Positions 27,015 to 37,035 of a stretch of 47,957 bases of DNA are shown one piece after another. The notes below the pieces were generated by a model, which did not search any database, was not told the DNA's origin, and saw nothing but the letters and a program-made list of their open reading frames with translations. Positions within the stretch are counted from its first letter, which is position 1. Each line of letters begins with the position of its first letter. Location: NCBI GenBank assembly GCA_013205535.1, contig JABMMN010000008.1, forward strand, positions 1 through 47,957. The letters run 5' to 3'. Both the position numbers and the translations under genes were made by a program. Source of the DNA: Candidatus Planktophila sp. (GTDB lineage: Bacteria > Actinomycetota > Actinomycetes > Nanopelagicales > Nanopelagicaceae).

Positions 27015-28661
27015 ATGAGCCAACCGTATGACTACATCATCGTTGGTGGTGGCTCAGCCGGGAGTGCTCTGGCCAATCGATTGAGTGAGAACCCTGCGCA
27101 TCGAGTATTAGTTCTTGAGGCCGGTCGCCCTGATTACAAGTGGGATGTGTTCATCCATATGCCTGCCGCCCTGGCATTTCCAATCGGCAGCAAGTTCTAT
27201 GACTGGAAGTATGAGTCTGAGCCTGAGCCACATATGAATAATCGCCGTATCTATCATGCACGCGGCAAAGTCCTGGGTGGCTCTTCATCGATCAATGGAC
27301 AGATTTGGCAGCGTGGCAACCCCTTGGATTATGAGCGCTGGTCAAAGGATGAGGGGATGAGTAGTTGGGATTTTGCACACTGCCTGCCCTACTTTAAAAA
27401 AATGGAGAACTGTTTGGCGGATCAGAGCAATATTTTTCGCGGCAACAATGGCCCACTCAAGCTTGAACGTGGACCAGTCAAAGGCCCTTTGTTTGCCGCG
27501 TTTTTCAAAGCAACTGAGCAGGCTGGTTATCCACGCACAGATGATGTCAATGGCTATCGACAAGAGGGTTTTGCCGCCTTTGATCGAAATGTGTATCGGG
27601 GCCGGCGCTTAAGCGCTGCTCGCGCATATCTCTATCCAGTGATCAAACGCGCCAACTTGAGCGTGAAAACACGAGCTCATGTCACAAAAGTCTTATTTGA
27701 TGGCACAACTGCAACAGGAGTTGAGGTCGTGATTAAAGGAAAGAAGCACATCTTCAATTCACGTGAAGTCATACTGTGCGGAGGCGCTATCAATACCCCA
27801 CAGATTTTGCAGTTATCGGGGATCGGAAATGAAAAAGATCTCGCACCACTTGGAATCAAGATGGTGCATCACCTGCCCGGAGTTGGCGCAAATCTTCAAG
27901 ACCACCTCGAGGTCTATGTCCAGTACAAGTGCAAACAGCCAGTGACACAGCAGCCGATAACGCAGTTCTGGCGCAGACCATTTATTGGGGCTGCCTGGCT
28001 CTTCTTTCGCAGGGGCCCAGGTGCTACCAATCAATTTGAGGCTGGGGGCTTTACCAGAAGTAATAACGATGTTGCCTATCCCAATTTGATGTTTCACTTC
28101 CTGCCTCTTGCCATCCGCTATGACGGCACGGGAGATACTCGCGGACATGGCTATCAAGTCCACGTTGGCCCTATGTACTCCGACTCTCGTGGTTGGTTGA
28201 AGATAAAGAGTTCCGATCCCTTTGAAAAACCGGCAATTCAATTCAATTACCTGTCCACCAATGAAGATCGCCGTGAATGGGTTGAGGCTGTGAAAACTGC
28301 ACGAAACATCTTGACACAGCCAGCCATGGCAGATTACAACGCCGGTGAATCATCTCCAGGTGCATCCGTCGCAAGTGATGAGCAGATTCTCGAGTGGGTG
28401 CGCAAAGATGCCGAAACCGCGCTGCATCCATCATGTACAGCAAAGATGGGTAGCGATGCAATGTCAGTTGTCGATCCGGAAACGATGAAGGTATATGGTG
28501 TTGAAGGTCTTCGTATCTGTGATGCATCGGTCTTTCCTTACGTACCCAATGGAAATATATATGCACCCGTCATGATGGTCGCTGAGAAAGCTGCAGATCT
28601 CATCTTAGGAAATACGCCTTTGGCGCCACAAAGGACTGAGTTCTATCGACATGCAAAGTAA
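27015..28661 (+). CDS. betA: Choline dehydrogenase (GMC oxidoreductase)
   Basis: '[12 protein letters not shown]', 'IHMPAAL', '[13 protein letters not shown]', 'NLQDHLE', 'ETALHPSCT', 'NGNIYAP'. Confidence 0.93.
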   Translation: MSQPYDYIIVGGGSAGSALANRLSENPAHRVLVLEAGRPDYKWDVFIHMPAALAFPIGSKFYDWKYESEPEPHMNNRRIYHARGKVLGGSSSINGQIWQRGNPLDYERWSKDEGMSSWDFAHCLPYFKKMENCLADQSNIFRGNNGPLKLERGPVKGPLFAAFFKATEQAGYPRTDDVNGYRQEGFAAFDRNVYRGRRLSAARAYLYPVIKRANLSVKTRAHVTKVLFDGTTATGVEVVIKGKKHIFNSREVILCGGAINTPQILQLSGIGNEKDLAPLGIKMVHHLPGVGANLQDHLEVYVQYKCKQPVTQQPITQFWRRPFIGAAWLFFRRGPGATNQFEAGGFTRSNNDVAYPNLMFHFLPLAIRYDGTGDTRGHGYQVHVGPMYSDSRGWLKIKSSDPFEKPAIQFNYLSTNEDRREWVEAVKTARNILTQPAMADYNAGESSPGASVASDEQILEWVRKDAETALHPSCTAKMGSDAMSVVDPETMKVYGVEGLRICDASVFPYVPNGNIYAPVMMVAEKAADLILGNTPLAPQRTEFYRHAK

Positions 28662-28685
28662 ATTAGCCACCCCTATACTCGGTGG

Positions 28686-30545
28686 ATGTCAGCTGTTCAT
28701 CCATTAGATCCTCTCAGCCACGACGAACAAGTATTAATCGTCGCTCATGCCCGAAAGGCTTGGAATCTGAGTGAGCACCACATTTTTGCCATGGTGCAGT
28801 TGCATGAACCTACAAAGAGTGAGCTTGCATCAGGTAAGAAATTGGATCGCACCGCACGCATCACCATATGGGATCGCAAGAAGGCTGTCGTTACAGAAGG
28901 CTTGATAACTACCCAAGGCCACGTGAAGGATTATCAAGAGATAGCAGGTGCAAAGGCGCCGGTCACTGTCATCGAGTCGGCCATAGCCTTAGATGTCGTT
29001 CGCAGAGATCAATCAGTTAAAGATGCCTTAGCTCGTCGGGGAATCTTCGACATTATGAGTGTGCACATGGAGACCTGGCCAATAGGAGCGCAGATTCCTC
29101 AATATCTAGATGATGGTCGACGTTTGATCTGGACACCTATGTGGCACACACCGACACCAGAGGCAAATTTCTACGCCCATCCAATCAATGGCCTGCATGC
29201 GATAGTTGATTTGGATGCGCAAGAAGTAGTCGCTCTTGAAGATAATGACGATATTCCTATTCCACAGACTCCTGGTCCCTATCGCCAATCGCAAACGGGG
29301 GCCGATATCAAGTTGAAAGAGTTGATAATTCACCAACCCGATGGGGCATCCTTTGAGATCGAGGGCTGGAAATTCACATGGGAGAGATGGAGATTTCGAA
29401 TTGGCTTTGATCAGCGTGAAGGATTAATCATTCACGATGTGCATTTCAATGATGAGGGAGTATCTCGCAAGATCGCCCACCGTTTATCGATCGCCGAACT
29501 CGTCATTCCATATGGCGATCCAGCTCAGGGTGCCTATCGAAAGAATGCCTTCGATACAGGTGAGTATGGCTTAGGTAATTTCACGAACTCTCTGACCCTT
29601 GGGTGTGATTGCCTTGGTGAGATCCTGTATTTAGATACTGCAGTCACCGAAGGTGATGGCACTGTGCGGACTATCAAAAACGCTATCTGTGTACATGAAG
29701 AGGATTTTGGGATCTTGTGGAAGCATGTGGATGCAGATGGACATGTTGAAGTACGTCGAGGCCGCCGTTTTGTGGCATCTTCTATCGTGACCATTAATAA
29801 CTATGAGTATGGATATTTCTGGTACTTCTACCAGGATGGATCTATTGAGTTTGAGGCTAAGTTAACGGGAATCGTCTTGACCCTGGCCGATGCACCAGGT
29901 GCAGATCATCCATCTGCCACAGAGTTAGAGCCGGGATTATGGGCGCCATATCATCAACATATTTTATGTGCGCGTATGGATTTAGATATTGATGGTTCAA
30001 ATAACACTGTTATTGAGGTTGAATCTTTTGCCCATCCCGTTGGTGAGAAAAATCCATATGGAGGAGCCTATGAAACCTCAGAGAGCGTCTTTAAAAGTGA
30101 GAGCATGGCACAGCGGCTTATAGATCCAATCAAGAGCAGATTTTGGAAAATCATCAATCCAAATAAGCAGAACCATGTGGGGCACAGCGTTGGTTATAAA
30201 TTAATCCCTGGTCACACTACATATCCTCTGGCTCATCGAGAATCAGTATTGGGAAAGCGTGCAGGCTTTATGTACAGCCACCTATGGGTGACAGCGAACG
30301 TTGATTCAGAGCGATATCCGGCAGGAGATTACCCATTCCAACATAAGGGTGGAGCGGGCCTACCTGAGTGGACCAAGAAGAATCGTTCAATTGAAAACAC
30401 CGATGTTGTGATGTGGTACGTATTTGGAACCAATCACATTCCACGAACCGAAGATTGGCCTGTTATGCCAGTTGAGCGAACGGGCTTTCACCTCAAGCCC
30501 AGTGGATTCTTTCGGCGCAGTCCCGCCATGGATGTAGCTCCATAA
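28686..30545 (+). CDS. Copper/topaquinone primary-amine oxidase
   Basis: 'HPLDPL', 'NAFDTGEY', 'LGCDC', TPQ site 'TINNYEY', Cu ligands 'HQH' and 'NHIPR.EDWPVMP'. No signal peptide. Confidence 0.93.
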   Translation: MSAVHPLDPLSHDEQVLIVAHARKAWNLSEHHIFAMVQLHEPTKSELASGKKLDRTARITIWDRKKAVVTEGLITTQGHVKDYQEIAGAKAPVTVIESAIALDVVRRDQSVKDALARRGIFDIMSVHMETWPIGAQIPQYLDDGRRLIWTPMWHTPTPEANFYAHPINGLHAIVDLDAQEVVALEDNDDIPIPQTPGPYRQSQTGADIKLKELIIHQPDGASFEIEGWKFTWERWRFRIGFDQREGLIIHDVHFNDEGVSRKIAHRLSIAELVIPYGDPAQGAYRKNAFDTGEYGLGNFTNSLTLGCDCLGEILYLDTAVTEGDGTVRTIKNAICVHEEDFGILWKHVDADGHVEVRRGRRFVASSIVTINNYEYGYFWYFYQDGSIEFEAKLTGIVLTLADAPGADHPSATELEPGLWAPYHQHILCARMDLDIDGSNNTVIEVESFAHPVGEKNPYGGAYETSESVFKSESMAQRLIDPIKSRFWKIINPNKQNHVGHSVGYKLIPGHTTYPLAHRESVLGKRAGFMYSHLWVTANVDSERYPAGDYPFQHKGGAGLPEWTKKNRSIENTDVVMWYVFGTNHIPRTEDWPVMPVERTGFHLKPSGFFRRSPAMDVAP

Positions 30546-30562
30546 AAGCGCGCTGATCCCAC

Positions 30563-32047
30563 ATGTCACTAAAAAGGCTCGGTGCCTATGCAAAGGCGGC
30601 TCACTTTGGTCCCACCATGCTCATCACCACGATTTCATTTGTGCTGGCTACGCGGCTTTGGTGGGAAGGACCAGCATATGTAATCGCCTTTACGGTCTTT
30701 CTAGGTCAGTTGATCATCGGCTGGAGTAATGATCTCTATGACTTTAAGGATGATCTCAAACACGCAAGAGGAAATAAACCACTAGTTGCCGGAGCTATTT
30801 CAATCCCACAACTGCGCAGGGCCACTTTCATTCTTGCACCTATCGCAGTTCTTGCGAACCTGCTTGGCCCTCTGGGGCTCAAAGGTGGAGCGGTCTATCT
30901 GCTCGGAGTTGGCTGTGGGATTGCATATAACTTCTACTTTAAGTTCTCACCTCTCTCACCACTTCCATATGCGATTGCATGCGCGGCCCTTCCTGCAAGT
31001 ATTTTCTATGCAACCGATCGCACACCACCGACCTGGGTATTGATGGCCGGCTCCTTACTTGGCGTGGCCTTTCACTTTGCCAACGTGCTAAAAGATCTCA
31101 AGGCCGACCGGGAGAGCAATATCGGGGGCCTTCCTCAGCGCATGGGTATGGCCAAGTCAACTGCCCTAGCACTTGTGCTTGTAATTGCCGCTGCTCTAGT
31201 TTTCATGAATAGTCCAGTGCGCCAAGATTTAAGCTCTATTGAATTTGAATCAAGTGCAACATTTATTGCAGGTGGTAATCGCCCAGTCAACGTTCTCCTT
31301 CCAGCAGATTTTTTGGCACAGAGCCCAGCCCCACTTCTTATCGATCTTCATGGCTATAGCGGTGATAGCACGAGCCAGAGTAGTTTTACTTTTTTACAGA
31401 AAACCGCCTATGAGCAAGGGTTCATCTATGCAGCCCCTAATGGCCTAAAAGATAGCCAGGGTAATCAATTCTGGAATGCATCTGCGGCCTGTTGTAACTT
31501 CAATGCCAATCCAGTCGATGATGTTGCCTACATCAAATCTTTGATCGAGGAGATCTCAGAGAGATCATCGGTAGATCCCAAACGTATCTATCTCTTTGGC
31601 CACTCCAATGGCCATTTTATGACCTATAAATTCGCATGTATGTATCCACAAACAGTTGCGGCTATTGCAGGTCTTGCAGGTGCGATGGATACCGACCCAG
31701 ATTCATGTTCAGCGAGATCTGCCGTGAATATCCTGCACATCCATGGGATGGCCGATGAGGTCATCAGCTATAGCGGAGGAAATCTATTTCAAAACGCCTA
31801 TACCAGCGCAGTTCAAAGCGTCCAGCGCTGGGCGCAGATAGATAAATGTGTGATGAATCCAGTTAATGGAAAAGAATTTGATTTGGTGACGAGCATTGCT
31901 GGCACAGAGAGCGTTGCATCCACTTACTCATGTCCTGGTAGTTCAGTTGAGCTCTGGAGTATCAATGGCGGAGCACACAATCCAGAGTTAGATGAAAACT
32001 TTGCATCACAGATTCTAGATTGGTTTCTGGCTCACCCTAAGAAATAG
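30563..32047 (+). CDS. Fusion: UbiA-family prenyltransferase + PHB-depolymerase/LpqC-like alpha/beta esterase
   Basis: N-terminal ~215 aa multi-TM with 'NDLYDFKDD...KPL..G' and 'NVLKDLKAD'. C-terminal 'LHGY', 'WNAS.ACC', 'DDVAYI', 'GHSNG', 'HG..D', 'GGAH'. Confidence 0.8.
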   Translation: MSLKRLGAYAKAAHFGPTMLITTISFVLATRLWWEGPAYVIAFTVFLGQLIIGWSNDLYDFKDDLKHARGNKPLVAGAISIPQLRRATFILAPIAVLANLLGPLGLKGGAVYLLGVGCGIAYNFYFKFSPLSPLPYAIACAALPASIFYATDRTPPTWVLMAGSLLGVAFHFANVLKDLKADRESNIGGLPQRMGMAKSTALALVLVIAAALVFMNSPVRQDLSSIEFESSATFIAGGNRPVNVLLPADFLAQSPAPLLIDLHGYSGDSTSQSSFTFLQKTAYEQGFIYAAPNGLKDSQGNQFWNASAACCNFNANPVDDVAYIKSLIEEISERSSVDPKRIYLFGHSNGHFMTYKFACMYPQTVAAIAGLAGAMDTDPDSCSARSAVNILHIHGMADEVISYSGGNLFQNAYTSAVQSVQRWAQIDKCVMNPVNGKEFDLVTSIAGTESVASTYSCPGSSVELWSINGGAHNPELDENFASQILDWFLAHPKK

Positions 32048-32053
32048 TGGCTC

Positions 32054-33628
32054 TTAATCGGTGTAGTTGATGATGGCAAGGCACATCTCATCGCGTGTTC
32101 CCTCACCCCAGACGACGTAATTAGGGGAGAGGTTCTTAAACTCTGGCAGGCGTGCACGCAGCCCAATATCAAAGCTACAACTCACCTTCACACTATCGCC
32201 AGGCATTGCCTGGATTGGCTGGCTTTGCCAATCAGTACTCTGATTATCAAAGTCCCACATAGGCCGAGTGGAGAGAATAGTTACCTTTGAAGTCAACGCA
32301 CTCTGGTGAGTAATAGTGATAGATCTACCCAGTTGATGCATATGGCCCGTCGCACCATATATCTTTATAGGCGAGCGAAGAATACTCGCGCAATCTGAGT
32401 TTGGGCTCGGCACAGGTCTGAGAGGATCTCTTCCGCAGATTAAAAGCAGCCCTGTCTCCTGAAACGCCGCCTTTGAAGATGTGCGATTAGCCAGATCAAG
32501 AAGCGCAGCAGATCGCGTACACAATGGTCCTGACTCATTTGGTGCACAAGCGATCTCGATCGGTGCCGCAACAAGTAGTGTCTTTAACTCACTCACTGCA
32601 GATGGTGCGAGTTTGAGGGTGACCGCCATCGATGCCTTCATGTCTTGGGTGCTTGTCTGGCTACTCGTGTGAAAGTGAGCCTGTAGGACAAATTGATCAC
32701 CCGTTGCAATCTTCATCCCTACACCCACTGGGTAGGCCTTGAAATTTCCCCCGGGTGCCCAAAAGGAGATCCAACTCGATGCAGAGGCGGCAGAGAAAGC
32801 GCCCGCTCCGGGGATACCAGTGTCACCAAAGCATGACCATCCAAGACCAGACTCTCGTGAATCGACTAATTTAGTTGCCTCGACACTAGCCGCCGGTACT
32901 TTGTAGAGAATGCCGTGGTGTGAGACCTTCAAATTATCTGGAGTGATCGTCACTGACTGTAGGTATGAATCCACTGTGAACTCTGGATCGAGTAAGAAAC
33001 AGCGATACTCATCGCTTCCTCCTGCCGGTGGACTCGGCACATAGGCAGGAGTTGCAAGGATTAAATCTGATGAGCCCGGTGCCGCCAGAGTGTTGCCACT
33101 AGCACTGACAAACTTCAAAGATCTTGCCACATCCAAGAGCTGTGCATATGTGATTCCACCAAAGGCCTTAACCTGAATTTCGGTGGGGGAGAGATTTTTA
33201 GCACCCTTATTCGTAAATTTTAAGTAACCACCCACCCGAGTTATATCGGCGCTCGTACACTTCGCAAATGATGCCGGTTTAGATGGATCACAATAGACAT
33301 GCACTTTGGCCTTTGCACCATTAATTGTGATGCCTCGAAGCTCTTTAGATGGAGCTGGATCAGAGCATGTGACCCCAGCTTTGCTCTGCATGAGCTCTAG
33401 GTAGCGAACTGAGCCACCGAATTTTGTGTAAAGCCATGGCTCGTTTTGATCTGTACATGGGATCAACTCAAACTTGTTTGTACCCAAACCTAGGGTCTTG
33501 CCTGGTTTGTAGATGGTGTAACTCAGGGATGTCTGAGCATCGGCGTACTTGTCAGCTGGGCCTATTGCAAGAGTCGATACAGGTGCCAGAAATATCGCAC
33601 AGAGAAAAATTCCAATACTTTTCTTCAC
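32054..33628 (-). CDS. Secreted protein with copper type II ascorbate-dependent monooxygenase (PHM/DBH-like) domains
   Basis: Signal peptide; 'DEYRCF', 'HHGILY', 'WAPG', 'QAHFH', 'GHMHQLG', 'WDFDNQ', 'DEMCL'. An additional ~170 aa N-terminal domain is unassigned. Confidence 0.78.
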   Translation of the reverse strand: MKKSIGIFLCAIFLAPVSTLAIGPADKYADAQTSLSYTIYKPGKTLGLGTNKFELIPCTDQNEPWLYTKFGGSVRYLELMQSKAGVTCSDPAPSKELRGITINGAKAKVHVYCDPSKPASFAKCTSADITRVGGYLKFTNKGAKNLSPTEIQVKAFGGITYAQLLDVARSLKFVSASGNTLAAPGSSDLILATPAYVPSPPAGGSDEYRCFLLDPEFTVDSYLQSVTITPDNLKVSHHGILYKVPAASVEATKLVDSRESGLGWSCFGDTGIPGAGAFSAASASSWISFWAPGGNFKAYPVGVGMKIATGDQFVLQAHFHTSSQTSTQDMKASMAVTLKLAPSAVSELKTLLVAAPIEIACAPNESGPLCTRSAALLDLANRTSSKAAFQETGLLLICGRDPLRPVPSPNSDCASILRSPIKIYGATGHMHQLGRSITITHQSALTSKVTILSTRPMWDFDNQSTDWQSQPIQAMPGDSVKVSCSFDIGLRARLPEFKNLSPNYVVWGEGTRDEMCLAIINYTD

Positions 33629-33675
33629 CTCTAAATCATAACAAATATCATGAAATCAGTAGAATTGAAAGCCTC

Positions 33676-34875
33676 ATGAGAAGTAAAACAGGGCTAGTGA
33701 ATAGGGTTTTTGCTCTTTTTACAGAGCGCCGAATATGGGTCAGACAGATCGCTGTTACAGGTTTGGCGGGGGCTTTCGCCTGGTTAGTCGGAGATGTACT
33801 TGTGGACAATGGTGGCGTTGTTGCCGCGATCGTGTGCACCTTATCTATCCGTATTTCTCTCCATAAATCTTTGCGTGAAGGCTTTGGACAGATAGTGGGT
33901 ACAGCAATCGGAGCAAGTGTTGCACTTACTGCGGTGACGCTTTTCAATTTTGGATTTGTGTCAGTTGGTATCACGATCATTATGTGTGCGATTATTTCGC
34001 GCGCTCTCCACTTAGGTGAGGTTGCATCGGTCAACGTTCCGGTGACTGCGCTCATTGTTATCGGTCCAGGACTCTCTGAAAGTACTGCATTTCATCGCTT
34101 GGGATCGACCTTGATTGGTGCAGCAATTGCAATCTTCTTTTCCTATTTCTCCCATCCCAAGACCCCTGTCGGTCGCTCAATCGAACAGATTGCAACAGTC
34201 AGTACGAAGGCGGCAAATCTCCTGGCGCTGATGTCTGAAGGAGTCGCAACTGGATACACGCAAAAAGAGGCTGGTAATTGGTTAGCCAAGGCACGGTTAC
34301 TAATCGAGGAGATTCCAGCCATTCGTATGCAATCAGTTGAAGCTCGCGGACATGCACGGTGGTTTCCAACGGCTAAAAAAGATGAGGCCGAGGAGATCTA
34401 TATCCAAGGCATAGCACTCGAACATACAGTCGTTCAGATTCGCACGATTGCCCGGACATTATTCGATTCAGCTGTCAGTGGTGGTATTGCCGATTCAACT
34501 CAAAAAGCTATAGCAGTCGCCCTATCGGCTGCAAGCTATGCCATCTCCTCCAAGTTTGAAGATAGTGACATCAGTGCCGATGACGCACATCAAAGTGCAA
34601 CCTCTGATGCACGTGATGCGAGCTCTGCTCTTGCCGAATCTCTCATCGGTGATGCAAAGGATGCTGATCAGGAACAGATTGTGCGAGGGCTTTCAATGGT
34701 CGCAAATATCGACCGTATCGCAGACTCGCTCGATCAAAACTCACCAGCACTTCGCGATGTCATCACACCAGATGAGCCTGCAAAGGACAAGGTTTTAGGG
34801 ATCTCTTTGCGAGGTCAATTGATACGGCTGAAAACGCGTATTTTTGGACAACTAAGAAAAATCTTTAGAAGATAA
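33676..34875 (+). CDS. FUSC/aromatic-acid-exporter-like membrane protein
   Basis: N-terminal TM bundle ('Q...GTAIGA', 'HRL..TLIG') followed by a helical soluble domain. The listed start at 33424 overlaps the opposite gene; ATG 33676 is in frame. Confidence 0.7.
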   Translation: MRSKTGLVNRVFALFTERRIWVRQIAVTGLAGAFAWLVGDVLVDNGGVVAAIVCTLSIRISLHKSLREGFGQIVGTAIGASVALTAVTLFNFGFVSVGITIIMCAIISRALHLGEVASVNVPVTALIVIGPGLSESTAFHRLGSTLIGAAIAIFFSYFSHPKTPVGRSIEQIATVSTKAANLLALMSEGVATGYTQKEAGNWLAKARLLIEEIPAIRMQSVEARGHARWFPTAKKDEAEEIYIQGIALEHTVVQIRTIARTLFDSAVSGGIADSTQKAIAVALSAASYAISSKFEDSDISADDAHQSATSDARDASSALAESLIGDAKDADQEQIVRGLSMVANIDRIADSLDQNSPALRDVITPDEPAKDKVLGISLRGQLIRLKTRIFGQLRKIFRR

Positions 34876-34912
34876 GGCCATTGTCTTAAAGTTTTGAAAT
34901 AACGGCTAATCT

Positions 34913-36316
34913 GTGCAGATGATATTTGCCCGCTCAGCCTCTGAATCAATTGATGATCTGCGCACCGGTGCAGTAACCCCAGCGCTCCTAGCGGCGCAAG
35001 CCCTCGAACGTATAGATCAAATCGATGCAACGGGCTATGAGCTCAACTCAATTCTTGCACTTGCCCCAAACTCAGATGAGAAAGACTTTGACTTAGATAC
35101 ACCCCTTGCAGGGCTGCCAATTCTCATCAAAGATAATATCGAGGCGATTGGTCTGCCCGGTACCGCAGGATCAACTGCGCTACTTGATCACCCGGTGAGT
35201 ACAGATAGCGAGCTAGTACGCAGATTACGCGCAGGCGGTGCCAACATCATTGCATCGACAAATCTCTCTGAGTGGGCAAATATTCGATCCTCATCATCAA
35301 CTAGTGGATGGTCTGGCGTCGGGGGATTGACCGCTAATCCTTGGATACACAAACACAGTGCAGGTGGCTCATCATCTGGATCGGGAGCAGCGATTGCTGC
35401 AGGCCTTGTCACATTAGCTGTTGGTACTGAGACTGATGGCTCGATCATCTGTCCTGCATCTTTGAACGGTTGCGTTGGTATCAAGCCCACAGTCGGTCTT
35501 GTCCCAACACAGGGCATTGTTCCGATTAGTGCCAACCAAGATGCACCTGGCCCGATGGCGCGCTCTGTCAAAGATGCTGCGATTTTATTGGAGATTATGA
35601 GCGCAACAACCGGTCTGGTGAAGGCCTGCGATGACTCGCGTGCACTCAAGATCGGTGTGGTTCGATCATGGCTCACCGGCCACGGTGCAACGGATTCTCT
35701 TTTTGACTCTGTGCTCTCGCAACTATCGAAAGCGGGGATGACATTAGTAGAGGTTTCTCTCAAGACACCCGGAGAGGATGTTGGTGCTGATGAGTACGAG
35801 GTCTTGCTGCATGAATTATTCGATGAGATGGGATCATATTTGAGTGTGCGCGCCGATACATCACTGCGCTCCTTGGCCCAACTTGTTGCCTATAACAGCG
35901 CACATAAAGAGGCAGAGCTCAAATACTTCGCACAAGAGTTATTTGATAAGGCTATAAAACTAGGTGGACGCAACAACGCTTATAAGGTTAAGCGTGCACG
36001 CAACTTAGCCTGGGCCCAAAGAACTCTCGCCAAGGGCTTCACCGATGTCGATGTGTTAATAGGTGCTACCTATTCACCGGCCTGGATTAGTACATTGGGT
36101 GAAGGTGATGCTTACGGTGATAACAGTTGGATTACAATGGCTCCAGCAATTGCAGGCACACCGATTGGCACTGTTCCAATGGGAATAATTGAGGGCCTGC
36201 CTGTTGGTCTAGGAGTTGTGGCAAAGGCAGATGGTGAGACGCTCTTAGTGAGGGCTCTTGCTCAGATTGAGCAGATATTGGATATCGGAGCCTTGCAACC
36301 GAGCTTCAAGCGATAA
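34913..36316 (+). CDS. Amidase signature family enzyme
   Basis: 'GLPILIKDNI', 'TNLSEWAN', 'GGSSSGSG', 'GTETDGSI.CPAS..G.VG.KPT' (Lys-Ser-Ser triad). Confidence 0.9.
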   Translation: MQMIFARSASESIDDLRTGAVTPALLAAQALERIDQIDATGYELNSILALAPNSDEKDFDLDTPLAGLPILIKDNIEAIGLPGTAGSTALLDHPVSTDSELVRRLRAGGANIIASTNLSEWANIRSSSSTSGWSGVGGLTANPWIHKHSAGGSSSGSGAAIAAGLVTLAVGTETDGSIICPASLNGCVGIKPTVGLVPTQGIVPISANQDAPGPMARSVKDAAILLEIMSATTGLVKACDDSRALKIGVVRSWLTGHGATDSLFDSVLSQLSKAGMTLVEVSLKTPGEDVGADEYEVLLHELFDEMGSYLSVRADTSLRSLAQLVAYNSAHKEAELKYFAQELFDKAIKLGGRNNAYKVKRARNLAWAQRTLAKGFTDVDVLIGATYSPAWISTLGEGDAYGDNSWITMAPAIAGTPIGTVPMGIIEGLPVGLGVVAKADGETLLVRALAQIEQILDIGALQPSFKR

Positions 36317-36319
36317 GGA

Positions 36320-36982
36320 TCAGGTGAGTACCGGCATCTTCGGCTCATCTTTTTTCAAGGCGGCCATATGCTCTTTCACGACTGGCAGAACGCTCTCAAT
36401 ACCATTTTCTGCAGCGTTGATGGCTTGGGCTAGGAACCTGTTGAACTCTCTACCGACGCTGGCGTGAAATAAAATACCCGAAGTCTTCTGGCGATTACTG
36501 ACGTGAAAAATGTAATCACTCTCATCATCTGATGTAGCCGCCCCGTTCCACTTGGCAAAGGCCCATTCTTTGGTGTTATACATCCCGTTAAACATGATTC
36601 GATCAGTGCTCAGCACAACGTTTCCGACCTCTTTATACACTTGAATGGCATCTCCTGGAACAAATGTTCCCTTCATCGCACCGACGCGATATCTGATGCC
36701 GGCAACAATTGGAATACTCAATCCTTGACTTGCACCCACATACTGTCCCGGCGCACGCCCCGCCTCGTGGTACTGGCCCTGACCACTCCAGATCACGATC
36801 TCACCAGTTTTTTGCACCGCTAAATTAGAGGCTGCATCCTCACCTTTGATTGCGAGTTCGAATGCAGTTTTGATTTTATTGAAAATCTCGACATCACCAG
36901 CCCACTTTGCATGCGCAAAGTTGTAGTCATCCGTTGCCCGCGCTGATGCGCGCTTGGCCTTTCTATCTGCCCAAAACCCCAT
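36320..36982 (-). CDS. Hypothetical protein, possibly with a PH/GRAM-like beta domain
   Basis: 220-aa ORF filling the gap between known genes; 'G.VVLSTDRIMF.G' pattern. Function unknown. Confidence 0.6.
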   Translation of the reverse strand: MGFWADRKAKRASARATDDYNFAHAKWAGDVEIFNKIKTAFELAIKGEDAASNLAVQKTGEIVIWSGQGQYHEAGRAPGQYVGASQGLSIPIVAGIRYRVGAMKGTFVPGDAIQVYKEVGNVVLSTDRIMFNGMYNTKEWAFAKWNGAATSDDESDYIFHVSNRQKTSGILFHASVGREFNRFLAQAINAAENGIESVLPVVKEHMAALKKDEPKMPVLT

Positions 36983-37035
36983 TGTCCTAGTCTGCTCCTA
37001 ATCTCTGCGACTCAATACCGAGGGGAAACGAAAAT

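Noticed and set aside
33424-33675. N-terminal extension of the FUSC-like ORF
   Set aside because: It overlaps the opposite-strand monooxygenase gene; ATG 33676 is the plausible start.
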